Source: Myxococcales bacterium
GTDB lineage: Bacteria > Myxococcota_A > Polyangia > Polyangiales > Polyangiaceae
Direction of reading: 5' to 3'
DNA length: 64,000 nucleotides
Assembly (NCBI GenBank): GCA_043747615.1
Contig: JAYTOU010000031.1
Location: 32,001-96,000 of the forward strand
Below, piece after piece: positions 30,278-39,015 of the stretch (position 1 is the stretch's first letter; each line of letters begins with the position of its first letter). The notes under the pieces were generated by a model. It was not told the origin of the DNA and made no database searches. It saw only the letters and a list, made by a program, of their open reading frames with translations. The position numbers and the translations under genes were made by a program.

Positions 30278-31282
30278 ATGGATAGGAAGCAAGCGTTCGT
30301 CCGGGTCGAAGGAACGGACATTCACTTTGTCGAGCTCGGCAAGGGTCGTCCGCTCGTGCTCCTTCATGGCCTCTCCGACAGCCACCGCACGTGGGGAAAG
30401 ATTGCCCCCGAGCTCGCGCGCACGCGGCGTGTGCTCATGCCCGATCTCGCCGGTCACGGTTTGTCTGGCCGCCCCGACGCAAGCTACGCCCTCGCCTGGC
30501 ATGCACGGATCATCGCGGGGTGGCTCGATGCTCTCGATCTCGACGACGTCGACATCGTGGGACACTCGTTCGGCGGTGGCGTCGCGCAATGGCTGCTCCT
30601 CGCCCATCGTGAGCGCATTCGGCGCCTCGCCTTGGTCGCGTCCGGCGGGCTCGGTCGCGACGTCATGCCCGCTCTTCGTTTGTGCGCGGCGACGAGCTTC
30701 GTGGAGCACCACGGTCAGGCGTTCATGAGCTGGGGGACCCGCCTCGGAATGCGCTTCTCTGATGGCGCCTACGATCCTGAAGACATCGAGATTCTAAGCT
30801 GGATGAACGCCATGCCGGGATCAGCGCGCGCCCTCGCTCGCACCGTACGCGACGTCATCGATTGGCGCGGGCAGCGTCGTCACTTTCTCGATCGCGCGCA
30901 CGAGCTTTCCGACCTTCCCCCGCTCGCGCTCTATTGGGGCGACCGCGACAACGTGGTCCCGATCGGTCACGGGACGGAGATCGCCTCGAAGGTGGAGGGG
31001 GCGACGCTGACCCGCTTCGACGGCTGCGGTCACTTCCCGCATCGCCAGCGTCCGGAAGAGTTCACTCGGGCCATCGAATCGTTTTTCGACGCGCCCTCAT
31101 TGAGCGCCACCCGACTTCATGATCACGCCGTCCGTTCCTCTGCGTCGCGGGCCCTCGCGCTTCGCCGCGCTCCTCGCCGAGCGTCGGTCTGGGGTCGCGT
31201 TTGGAGCTCGTTCGTTGCGGGTGTGCGCAGCGTGGTCGACGTTCGGGCAATCAACGTACGAAAAGGAAGGCCCTCACCTTGA
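30278..31282 (+). CDS. Alpha/beta-fold hydrolase (esterase/lipase-like)
   Basis: LLHGL, PDLAGHGLS, GHSFGG nucleophile elbow, WGDRD, GHFPH. Confidence 0.9.
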   Translation: MDRKQAFVRVEGTDIHFVELGKGRPLVLLHGLSDSHRTWGKIAPELARTRRVLMPDLAGHGLSGRPDASYALAWHARIIAGWLDALDLDDVDIVGHSFGGGVAQWLLLAHRERIRRLALVASGGLGRDVMPALRLCAATSFVEHHGQAFMSWGTRLGMRFSDGAYDPEDIEILSWMNAMPGSARALARTVRDVIDWRGQRRHFLDRAHELSDLPPLALYWGDRDNVVPIGHGTEIASKVEGATLTRFDGCGHFPHRQRPEEFTRAIESFFDAPSLSATRLHDHAVRSSASRALALRRAPRRASVWGRVWSSFVAGVRSVVDVRAINVRKGRPSP

Positions 31283-31322
31283 CGTGTGACACAAACGGGC
31301 TTACGTATCACGGTGTGACACA
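31279..31322 (+). promoter_or_regulatory. Sigma-70 promoter with two TGTGACACA operators (regulator)
   Basis: TTGACG(31279)-17 nt-TACGTA(31302); TGTGACACA at 31285-31293 and 31314-31322. Confidence 0.7.
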
Positions 31323-31836
31323 GAGCGAAGGGCGAATCCGCAAGCCGCGAGACAACTCCGAATCCGAACGAGCCAAAACAGAGGAGCCATCGAAGATGGA
31401 ATCGGATTCGAACGATCGCGAAGGCACGGAGAAGAAAGAGCGTGTCCTTCACACCCGGGTCCCGGCGGTGCTCGAGAAGGAGCTGAAACGTTTCGCAGAA
31501 AGCCTCCGCGTGCCGGTGTCCAATTTGGTTCGAACGATCCTCGAGGACGCGCTCGAAGTAGCCGACGTGGCCACGGAGAACGTAGAGAAGCGTCTGAAGA
31601 GCGCAGCCAAGCAGCTCGCGGGTAGCCGCGAGGGACTCAAGAAACGCGTGCGGCCGGATCCTCTGCGCGACGTGTTCGCCTTCCAGCCAGTGACCCTCGC
31701 GCAGACTGGAATATGCGCGAAGTGCCAGCGTGATCTCGACAAGGGCGCGCGCGCTCACATGGGCCTGACCGACACGCCGCAGGGCTGGGGGCGCTCGAAG
31801 ATTTTCGTCTGTGACGACTGTTTGCTGAACGGCTAG
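31315..31836 (+). CDS. Putative ribbon-helix-helix regulator with C-terminal C4 zinc finger
   Basis: ERVLHTRVP-AVLEKELKRFAESLR-VPVSNLVRTILEDAL (beta-alpha-alpha); CAKC...CDDC. Start GTG 31315 or ATG 31396. Confidence 0.65.
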   Translation: MTQSEGRIRKPRDNSESERAKTEEPSKMESDSNDREGTEKKERVLHTRVPAVLEKELKRFAESLRVPVSNLVRTILEDALEVADVATENVEKRLKSAAKQLAGSREGLKKRVRPDPLRDVFAFQPVTLAQTGICAKCQRDLDKGARAHMGLTDTPQGWGRSKIFVCDDCLLNG

Positions 31837-31919
31837 GCCCCTCGGCTAGCCGGACCGAACGACCGAGAGGTAATTGCAGTGACCAACGGCCCCCCGGGCC
31901 ACGAAGGGACGGATCCATC

Positions 31920-32174
31920 ATGAACACGAACGCGAAGCAGGACACCTCGACCGAGAAATCCATTTTCGAGGCTGCTTTCAGCCTTGGGACCGCATGGGCG
32001 GCGTTCGGCTTGAACGTCGGCAAGCTCGCCCTTCAGGAGAGCGCGCGCACCCTCGAAGTGACGGCAGGAAAGCTCAGCACCTTGGCCGAGACTCTCGAAG
32101 CAAAGAAGAAGAGCGACGTCAACGACGCCCCCGCGACCTCGGTCGAGACGGGATCAATCAAGACCACGGCCTAG
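31920..32174 (+). CDS. Small Ala/Lys/Thr-rich amphipathic helical protein (phasin-like?)
   Basis: 84-aa ORF with normal codon usage; helical amphipathic pattern. Confidence 0.6.
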   Translation: MNTNAKQDTSTEKSIFEAAFSLGTAWAAFGLNVGKLALQESARTLEVTAGKLSTLAETLEAKKKSDVNDAPATSVETGSIKTTA

Positions 32175-32186
32175 GTATCGCGCCTC

Positions 32187-32258
32187 TCTCCCGCTCCGGT
32201 GCCGCGACACGGGCATGGAGCGGGCGAGAATGTCGAGGGCGGCGCAAGCGGCTGCGCC
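32187..32258. terminator. Two GC-rich hairpins between convergent genes
   Basis: CCCGCTCC..TGCC / GGCA.GGAGCGGG stem (32187-32229) and GGCGCA-N6-TGCGCC (32241-32258). Confidence 0.4.
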
Positions 32259-32277
32259 TCAGCGTCCACCGCTCCGA

Positions 32278-32601
32278 TCACTTCTGAGCGATGCGGCGTT
32301 TGCCGGTGCCGCGCGGCGTCGATTTTCCGGAGACGAGCGCTTCCAGGGGCAAGCCGAGGGCGCTCGCCAGTCGTGACGCTACGAAGAGCGACGGACCGAG
32401 CTCACCCCGCTCGAGGCGAGCCACGTAGTTGACCGAGAGCTCCGCTGCCTCGGCGAGCTGGGCTTGCGTCCAACCGAGCTCCTGCCGAGCGCTGCGGATG
32501 CTCTCCCCCACCGTGATCGCAAACTCGCGGGGATCGCTCGGTGGGTCGGAGACTGCGCGCCTCGTCGATTCCACCTTTGGTCTTCGGAAGCCCTGCTCCA
32601 C
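32278..32601 (-). CDS. XRE-family HTH regulator
   Basis: IRSARQELGWTQAQLAEAAELSVNYVARLERGE. Confidence 0.88.
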   Translation of the reverse strand: MEQGFRRPKVESTRRAVSDPPSDPREFAITVGESIRSARQELGWTQAQLAEAAELSVNYVARLERGELGPSLFVASRLASALGLPLEALVSGKSTPRGTGKRRIAQK

Positions 32602-32689
32602 GATCTCAGGCTACCGATAGAACCGAGATTGTCACCGTGCGCAGGTGTGAGCGCGCCACAAGCCTTCCGGTGAGCTCGGCTCACGAAGG

Positions 32690-33121
32690 TCAGGGCTTGG
32701 GCTCCCGCGCGATCAAGACGGAGCACGGCGCGTGGTTGACGATGCGCGCGGCGGTGGTGCCGAGGAGGTGATCGATCCCGCTGTAGCCATGAGTTCCCAC
32801 CACGATGAGATCGACTTTCTCGGACTTCGCGAGATCGCAGATGATCTGCCAGGGAGCGCCGATGCGGGTCTCGATGCGTTCGACGAGCTCCGGGGCGAGG
32901 CCCGTGATCGCCGCCTCCACCGCGGTGCGCGCGAGCTTCAAGGCGATCTGGGCTACGTGATCGGGTGAGTCGAGGAGCACTTCGGGCGGCAGCTCCTGGA
33001 CGATCCCAACGGCGCGCACCAGAATGAGCTTTGCCCCCGCCTGCGTGGCCATCATCGCCGCGGTCTGAAGAACGTAGTGCGCGCGGGGGGAGCCGTCGAT
33101 TGCGACGAGAATTCGTTTCAT
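32690..33121 (-). CDS. Universal stress protein (UspA family)
   Basis: ILVAIDGS, DLIVVGTHG...LLGTTAARIVNHAPCSVL. Confidence 0.92.
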   Translation of the reverse strand: MKRILVAIDGSPRAHYVLQTAAMMATQAGAKLILVRAVGIVQELPPEVLLDSPDHVAQIALKLARTAVEAAITGLAPELVERIETRIGAPWQIICDLAKSEKVDLIVVGTHGYSGIDHLLGTTAARIVNHAPCSVLIAREPKP

Positions 33122-33171
33122 GCGCTGAGCCTACTGGCAAAAGACTGGCTTCAGGTAGTGTGTGTCCGGTC

Positions 33172-35085
33172 ATGTCCCTCTCACCGGAAGCCGCGCTCAT
33201 CACGGCGATCGCCGACGCTCTTCCCGTCGGGGTGTGGGTCGCTCGCGCGCCCGACGGCGCATTCGTCTACGCGAACCGCGCCTTCCAGGAGATCATGGGA
33301 CTCACGCCGCGCCACGAGGCAAAGGCCGGTGGCTACGCAGCGCCCTATGGAATCTATGGGCGCGACGGCAAGCTCTACCCGGAGGAGCGCCTCCCGTTCG
33401 CCTGCGTCGTGCGCACCAAGGCTCCGGTGGTCGTCGAGGACATCGTGATCCACCGCGGCGACGGCAAGCAGGTCTTCATCCGGGCGTTCGCCCAGCCCAT
33501 GTGCGATCCGGCGGGCGTGATGACACATGTCGCCGTCGCCTTCACGGACATCTCCGACGAGGTTCGCGCGAAAGAGACGAGCGAAGCCGTAGAAGCCCGC
33601 CTGCGGAACATCCTTGCCCACGTGCCGATGATCCTCTTTGCGTACGATAGCGAGGGCGTCGTCACCATCGCCGAAGGCCGAGGGGTGGAGGCTCTCGGGG
33701 GAGCCGAAAGTTTCTTGGGGCACTCGGTCTTCGACTTGTATGCCGACAGGCCAGAGATCCTCGCTGCCTGTCGGCGGGTGCTTGCAGGTGAGGGCTTCAC
33801 CAACGTCCTGCCTGTCGGCCAACTCGTCCTCGAGACGACGCAAACCCCGATGCGCGGCGCGACCGGCGCGGTCGTCGGCGTGACCGGCGTATCGACCGAC
33901 GTCACGGTGCGGGAACGGATGCACGCCCAGCTCGTTCAGTCGGAGCGGCTCGCGTCGATGGGACAGCTCGCAGCGACGGTCGCGCACGAGGTCAACAATC
34001 CGCTCACCTACGTCCTCGCAAACCTCGAAGTGCTGGCGCGACGGCTAGAAGCGCTCGGTCCGACCACGCCAGAAGGCTTCCGCGCCGAGGCGCTCGACCT
34101 CGTCAAGGCAACCCACGAGGGCGCCGATCGTGTCCGTCGCATCGTGCGCGGGTTGAAGGCATTCTCGCGTCAGGACGACGAGCCGGCAGCGGCGACGAAC
34201 GTGCAGCACGTGCTCGACCTATCGCTCGCCATCGCGGAGAACGAGATCCGCCATCGCGCGCGTCTCTGGAAAGACTACGGCCCGGTGAGCCTCGTCCTCG
34301 CGAACGAGATGCGTCTCAGCCAGGTGTTCGTGAACCTGCTCGTCAACGCCGCTCACGCCATCCCCGAGGGCAGCGCCGACAAGCACGAGATCCGGATCCG
34401 AACGTCGATGGTCGACGACGCTGTGGTCATTTCGATCGAGGACACCGGCGGTGGAATGGACCCCGAGCACCAGGCTCGCATTTTCGAGCCTTTCTTCACG
34501 ACGAAAGCCGTCGGGGTGGGCACGGGGCTCGGCCTCTCCGTTTGCTATGGAATCATCAACGGGTTCGGCGGCACGATCGAGTCGGAGAGCACTGTCGGCA
34601 AAGGAAGCACGTTTCGCGTTCGACTCCCCGCTCTCGCCACGCTGCCCGATGCGCCCGGCGCCACTGCCCCGCACGACGGACCGGCGCGTGAGGTGAAGGC
34701 CGTGCGCCGCGGGCGGGTGCTCATCGTCGACGATGACGGGAACGTCGCAAAGACGCTCGGCATGCTCCTCGAGCCGGAGCACGAGGTACGGGTGCTCACC
34801 AACGCCAAGGGAGCGCTCGAGCTTCTCGTCGGTGGCGCCGAATTCGATGTGATCTTTTGCGACCTCATGATGCCCGAGATGACAGGCATGGACCTTCACC
34901 GGTTGCTCAGCGACGCCGCGCCCGCGCACGCAGAGCGCATCGTCTTCATGACCGGCGGGGCGTTCACCGAGGCGGCGCAAGACTTTCTCAACCGCGTGCC
35001 TAACGCTCGCCTGGAAAAACCGTTCACCCAGTCCGAGCTCGACGACGCCACGCGCCGAAGACTGGCACTCAACGACGCCGGGTAG
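33172..35085 (+). CDS. Hybrid PAS-PAS histidine kinase with receiver domain
   Basis: AHEVNNPL, QVFVNLLVNA, DTGGG, FFTTK, GTGLGL; LIVDDD...DLMMP...KP. Confidence 0.92.
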   Translation: MSLSPEAALITAIADALPVGVWVARAPDGAFVYANRAFQEIMGLTPRHEAKAGGYAAPYGIYGRDGKLYPEERLPFACVVRTKAPVVVEDIVIHRGDGKQVFIRAFAQPMCDPAGVMTHVAVAFTDISDEVRAKETSEAVEARLRNILAHVPMILFAYDSEGVVTIAEGRGVEALGGAESFLGHSVFDLYADRPEILAACRRVLAGEGFTNVLPVGQLVLETTQTPMRGATGAVVGVTGVSTDVTVRERMHAQLVQSERLASMGQLAATVAHEVNNPLTYVLANLEVLARRLEALGPTTPEGFRAEALDLVKATHEGADRVRRIVRGLKAFSRQDDEPAAATNVQHVLDLSLAIAENEIRHRARLWKDYGPVSLVLANEMRLSQVFVNLLVNAAHAIPEGSADKHEIRIRTSMVDDAVVISIEDTGGGMDPEHQARIFEPFFTTKAVGVGTGLGLSVCYGIINGFGGTIESESTVGKGSTFRVRLPALATLPDAPGATAPHDGPAREVKAVRRGRVLIVDDDGNVAKTLGMLLEPEHEVRVLTNAKGALELLVGGAEFDVIFCDLMMPEMTGMDLHRLLSDAAPAHAERIVFMTGGAFTEAAQDFLNRVPNARLEKPFTQSELDDATRRRLALNDAG

Positions 35086-35086
35086 T

Positions 35087-35284
35087 CTCATCGAACGGGA
35101 AGACGGCGGCACGCAAATCAAGATGCTCGACTTCGGGATCTCGAAGCTGCTCGCCGACGAGAAACGCACCGACCTTCAAAGCGACGCACCGAAGGCGCTC
35201 ACCCGAATGGGCGTCGTGATCGGGACGCCGCAGTACACGTCGCCCGAGCAGCCTCAGGGACTGCCGCTCGAGTTCGGCCACTGA
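35087..35284 (+). pseudogene. Internal fragment of Ser/Thr kinase (subdomains VII-VIII)
   Basis: Manual translation: LIEREDGGTQIKMLDFGISKLL...LTRMGVVIGTPQYTSPEQPQG; N-terminal lobe and HRD absent. Confidence 0.85.
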
Positions 35285-35285
35285 G

Positions 35286-36026
35286 TTAAACCGTGACCCG
35301 GCGCGGGCTGAGCGTGACATCGAAAGCGATCTTTGCAGCGTGGCGCATGGCGCGCGCGTCGCCGGTGGTGAGGACCCGCGTCTCGCCCGAGCCTGTCGGT
35401 AGTGTCCACGTCGACGAGATCGAACGAAGGAGCTCTTTCACCGGATCGATGAGGCGCACGCCCGGGAGCGCCTCGCGAAAGCGTGGAGCAAGCGCGGGGT
35501 AGTGCGTGCACGCGAGGAGCAGCGCTTCGACGTTTCGTAGCGGGGCGACGATGTGCGCGATCTCTCGGCGGAGCGAAGGTGAATCGAGGTCACCTGCTTC
35601 CACGCGACCGGAGAGGGGCTGAGCGATCCGCTGGGTGACGATTCGGCCGTCGTCCGTGAGTGCGCGCCGGTAGCAACCGGAGAGAATGGTGCGCGCGCCT
35701 CCGATGACTCCGATGCTCGACGCCGACGTGGCGAGCGCAGCCCGGATCCCGTGCTCGATCATTCCGATGACAGGCAGCGGCGACGTGAGCGACGGAAGAA
35801 CGGTGCTGGCCGCGTTGCAAGCCACGACCAAGCAGGTGACGCCGCGTTCGGTGAGCGCCGCGATGACCCGTTCGAGTCTCGTGCGGAGCTGGGCCCGCGG
35901 AATTCTCCCGTACGGCGTCGACCCCGCGTCCGAGAAATAGACCACAGGAACATTCGGGTCGCGCGCGCGCAGTCGACGAAAAAAATCCAGGCCGCCGATC
36001 CCCCAGTCGACGATTCCCAGCATCAC
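35286..36026 (-). CDS. Divergent MurI-type Asp/Glu racemase family protein
   Basis: DWGIGG, PYG, VACNAAS, LACTHYP; both catalytic Cys present. Confidence 0.85.
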   Translation of the reverse strand: MMLGIVDWGIGGLDFFRRLRARDPNVPVVYFSDAGSTPYGRIPRAQLRTRLERVIAALTERGVTCLVVACNAASTVLPSLTSPLPVIGMIEHGIRAALATSASSIGVIGGARTILSGCYRRALTDDGRIVTQRIAQPLSGRVEAGDLDSPSLRREIAHIVAPLRNVEALLLACTHYPALAPRFREALPGVRLIDPVKELLRSISSTWTLPTGSGETRVLTTGDARAMRHAAKIAFDVTLSPRRVTV

Positions 36027-36036
36027 GAAGGCCGCT

Positions 36037-37326
36037 TCACGGGTAACTCTGCGGCGCTACCCACCCCGCCCGGAGCGGGCCGGAGTCGAAGGCGAGGACG
36101 CGTGCGTTCCAGCCGACGTTGAGGAGCTCCGTCGTTCGTCCGGGAAAACGGCTCTCGAGGTACCACTTGAGCTCGTGCTCCGAGCGAATTGGATTGTACT
36201 TGAGCATCGTCTTCCAGCTCGGATCGGAGACCATGGTGCGCAGCGCCGCGGCGAACCGGGGATTCGAAAGATGGTTCTTGATCTGCCGCACCTTCGAGAG
36301 TGCGAGCCGCCCCGCGTCCCTCAGGGCGACGGGGACCGTGACCATGTCGATGATGAGTATCTTGCCGTCCGGTGCGAGCACCCGGCGCATTTCGTTCATC
36401 ATCGGATCCCAGTCGAGGTACCGGAACGACAGAAGCGAGACGATCACATCGAAGCTTCCGTCCGGGAAGGGGAGGCGGGGACCGTCGATGGTGTGGAAGC
36501 TCAACTTGGCGAGGTCTTTTCCCCGCGCCGTCGCCCGCTCGATCATCTTCTCCGAGGCATCGACGCCGACCCCCGATGCGATCCGACCTTCGAGGCGTGT
36601 GAGAAGAGCGCCGTTGCCGCAGCCCACGTCGAGCACCCGCGCGCCCACGGGAAGATGCTTCTCGATCCAGCGGCACTCGTCCTTTCGTACCGCGATGTCG
36701 CCGAAGACGTCGTCGTAGAGCGCGGCGACGGCGTCGTAGGTCACGTCCCCTTCTGGCTCGGCAGGCTCGAAGCGCGCCATCGGCTCGGCCTGCGCACCGA
36801 CGTATTTACGGAGCGAGCCGACGAGCCCGTGCGATTTTTTTCCCGGACAAGCGATGACGTAGAGGGGCGTGTCCTTTGCGAAGCCTTCCCAGCGGAAAGC
36901 GTCGGGCCTCGCGGAGATGGTCGTGTACCAATGGTAGCCGTAGGTCGCGACGCCGAACTGACGCGCGAAATAAGGCGCAAACCACCGCGCGGTGCGGCAC
37001 GCGTGAAAGCGCGCTTCGGCGCCGGCCGCGAAGGGGAGGCAGAGCTGGGTCCACTCGAACGGACTGAACTGCTCGGGCATCGACGTGGTGCGGAACATCG
37101 GTCCGTACATCCCGCTGTGGCCAATGAAGTGGAGCTCGCTCAAGGTCTCCCCCTCGCTTCGCACGCGCTCCATGGCCTCGACGAAGTCGCGCTTGCTCTC
37201 TACCCGCTCGAGGCGCACCACCGCGCCCGTGTTTTTGGCCCGCTTCTCGCTCGCCATCGTCTTGGCAGCGCGCTCGAACTTCGGGCCGCCGCCGCGGTAC
37301 AGAGTGGTGTAGCCGATCCAGATCAT
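36037..37326 (-). CDS. Fusion: putative caspase-hemoglobinase-fold domain + class I SAM methyltransferase
   Basis: Start ATG 37326 (ATGA overlap). N-half LHFIGHSG...FHACRTA; C-half VLDVGCGNG, GVDAS, LPFPDGSFD, RVLAPDG. Confidence 0.8.
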   Translation of the reverse strand: MIWIGYTTLYRGGGPKFERAAKTMASEKRAKNTGAVVRLERVESKRDFVEAMERVRSEGETLSELHFIGHSGMYGPMFRTTSMPEQFSPFEWTQLCLPFAAGAEARFHACRTARWFAPYFARQFGVATYGYHWYTTISARPDAFRWEGFAKDTPLYVIACPGKKSHGLVGSLRKYVGAQAEPMARFEPAEPEGDVTYDAVAALYDDVFGDIAVRKDECRWIEKHLPVGARVLDVGCGNGALLTRLEGRIASGVGVDASEKMIERATARGKDLAKLSFHTIDGPRLPFPDGSFDVIVSLLSFRYLDWDPMMNEMRRVLAPDGKILIIDMVTVPVALRDAGRLALSKVRQIKNHLSNPRFAAALRTMVSDPSWKTMLKYNPIRSEHELKWYLESRFPGRTTELLNVGWNARVLAFDSGPLRAGWVAPQSYP

Positions 37327-37835
37327 GACACCCGAGCTCGTTTGCTCTGCGGCTCGATCAACGCCGAGGCCGCGTCTGCCCAGGCTTGGCGTGACACGAT
37401 TTGCGCTGCTTCTGAGGGGATCCACGCTCCGCAGTCGTCGGTCACCACGAGGGTCTCGCGGTGGGTCACGTCGAAGACCCGCATCGCACGAATGCTCGGT
37501 CGGTAGACATGGAGGCTGAGGCCGCCTTCGCTGGCTTGCATGTCGTGGATGGACGCCTCGTCGACCGGGAGCCGCGCTGGCGCCCGAAAGATGCGGGTTT
37601 GCGTCACCTCGAGCCCCGAGCCGCATCGCGCCCAGGTGCGCTCGACGAACCGGCCACGAAGGAGCAAAACGAATCCGCGGGCATGACCGTGGTCGTGGGG
37701 GGCGCAGCGGCCGCCCTCGCCCCACGTCGCCAGGAGCACTTCGCAGCGACGGCCACGGTGGAGAATCGTGCGGCGGTAAGGGGTCAGCATTTCCCGGGTG
37801 ACTCTGATACGCCCGATCGGGCCCAGGTGTTCCAA
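37323..37835 (-). CDS. Cysteine dioxygenase type I family cupin
   Basis: YRR, W, PHDH, IH, SLHVY: 3-His triad plus Ser-His-Tyr. Start uncertain (TTG). Confidence 0.8.
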   Translation of the reverse strand: MEHLGPIGRIRVTREMLTPYRRTILHRGRRCEVLLATWGEGGRCAPHDHGHARGFVLLLRGRFVERTWARCGSGLEVTQTRIFRAPARLPVDEASIHDMQASEGGLSLHVYRPSIRAMRVFDVTHRETLVVTDDCGAWIPSEAAQIVSRQAWADAASALIEPQSKRARVS

Positions 37836-37881
37836 GTCTTTCGCCTTGTGCGAAGCGTTGGAAGGGTGAAGGGTCTTCGAC

Positions 37882-39015
37882 GTGAGCAGAAAACCGACGG
37901 CTTATTGGGACTACATTAGGGTGGAGGAGCTCTTGTCGCTCCAGGGGGGGCTCGCCGAGACCGACGCGGACCTCACGAACGACGAGGTTCTCTTCATCGC
38001 CGTTCACCAGATCGACGAGCTGTGGTTCAAGCTCATTCTGCGCGAGCTCGTGAGTGTGCGGAATCTCTTCGCGAAAGAATCGGTGCCCGAGCAAAGGCTG
38101 GCCTCTGCGGCGCGGGGCATCGGACGAATGTCGGTGCTCCTCCACCACCTCGCCGAGCATTTTGCGGTGATGGAGACCATGACCACCCGCGATTACCTGG
38201 CGTTCCGCGACAAGCTCAGCCCCGCGAGCGGTTTTCAATCGGGGCAGCTGCGCGAGATCGAAATTCTGCTCGGGCTCGCCCACGCCGACCGCATCCCCCT
38301 CGGCCATGAGCACACCTATATGACCGCGCTTCGCAACCACGACGGCTCCCCTTCGAGCGCGTCGCGCCGGGTGGAAGCGCGCATGGCCGACGCACCCACG
38401 CTCCTTACAGCGATCGACAGCTGGCTCCACCGAACACCGATTCAAGGTTCGGTGCCCGGCGACGAGGGAGACGCGGCCAGGGTCGGCGCGTTCATCGAAG
38501 CGTATTGCACGGCGCAGGCCAAGAGCGCCGGCGCGGGTCTGAAGATCGCCCGCGAGGTTGCGCTCACCCCGGCCGACGCGACGCGCCTCGAAGCGCGTTA
38601 CGAAAAAGAGATGGCGGGCGCGCGAGCTTTCTTGCTGGCCGAAGACATCCCCGAGGACGAGCGTGCGCGCAGCTCGCGAATTCGCGCGGCGCTGGTGTTC
38701 ATAGAGAGCTACCGTGAGCTTCCGCTCCTCGCCTGGCCGCGCGTCATCCTCGACGCCATCGTGGCGTTCGAGCAGGCCTTCGTCATCTTCCGCCAGCGTC
38801 ATGCGCGGATGGTCGAGCGCATGATCGGACGGCGCACGGGAACCGGCGGATCGTCTGGTGTCGACTACCTCGATCAAACGGCTGTGCGCTACCGCATCTT
38901 TCGCGACGTCTGGGCGGCGCGCACCATTCTCATCCGCGAAGCGGATCTGCCTCCCCTCGAAAATTCCGGATTTTACGACTTCGTTCTTGGTCCCGAACGG
39001 TACTCCTGCTTTTAG
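37882..39015 (+). CDS. kynA: Tryptophan 2,3-dioxygenase (long form)
   Basis: YWDYI..LLSLQ, EVLFIAVHQIDELWFK, PASGFQSGQ, RHARMVERMIG..GTGGSSGVDYL. Confidence 0.92.
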   Translation: MSRKPTAYWDYIRVEELLSLQGGLAETDADLTNDEVLFIAVHQIDELWFKLILRELVSVRNLFAKESVPEQRLASAARGIGRMSVLLHHLAEHFAVMETMTTRDYLAFRDKLSPASGFQSGQLREIEILLGLAHADRIPLGHEHTYMTALRNHDGSPSSASRRVEARMADAPTLLTAIDSWLHRTPIQGSVPGDEGDAARVGAFIEAYCTAQAKSAGAGLKIAREVALTPADATRLEARYEKEMAGARAFLLAEDIPEDERARSSRIRAALVFIESYRELPLLAWPRVILDAIVAFEQAFVIFRQRHARMVERMIGRRTGTGGSSGVDYLDQTAVRYRIFRDVWAARTILIREADLPPLENSGFYDFVLGPERYSCF

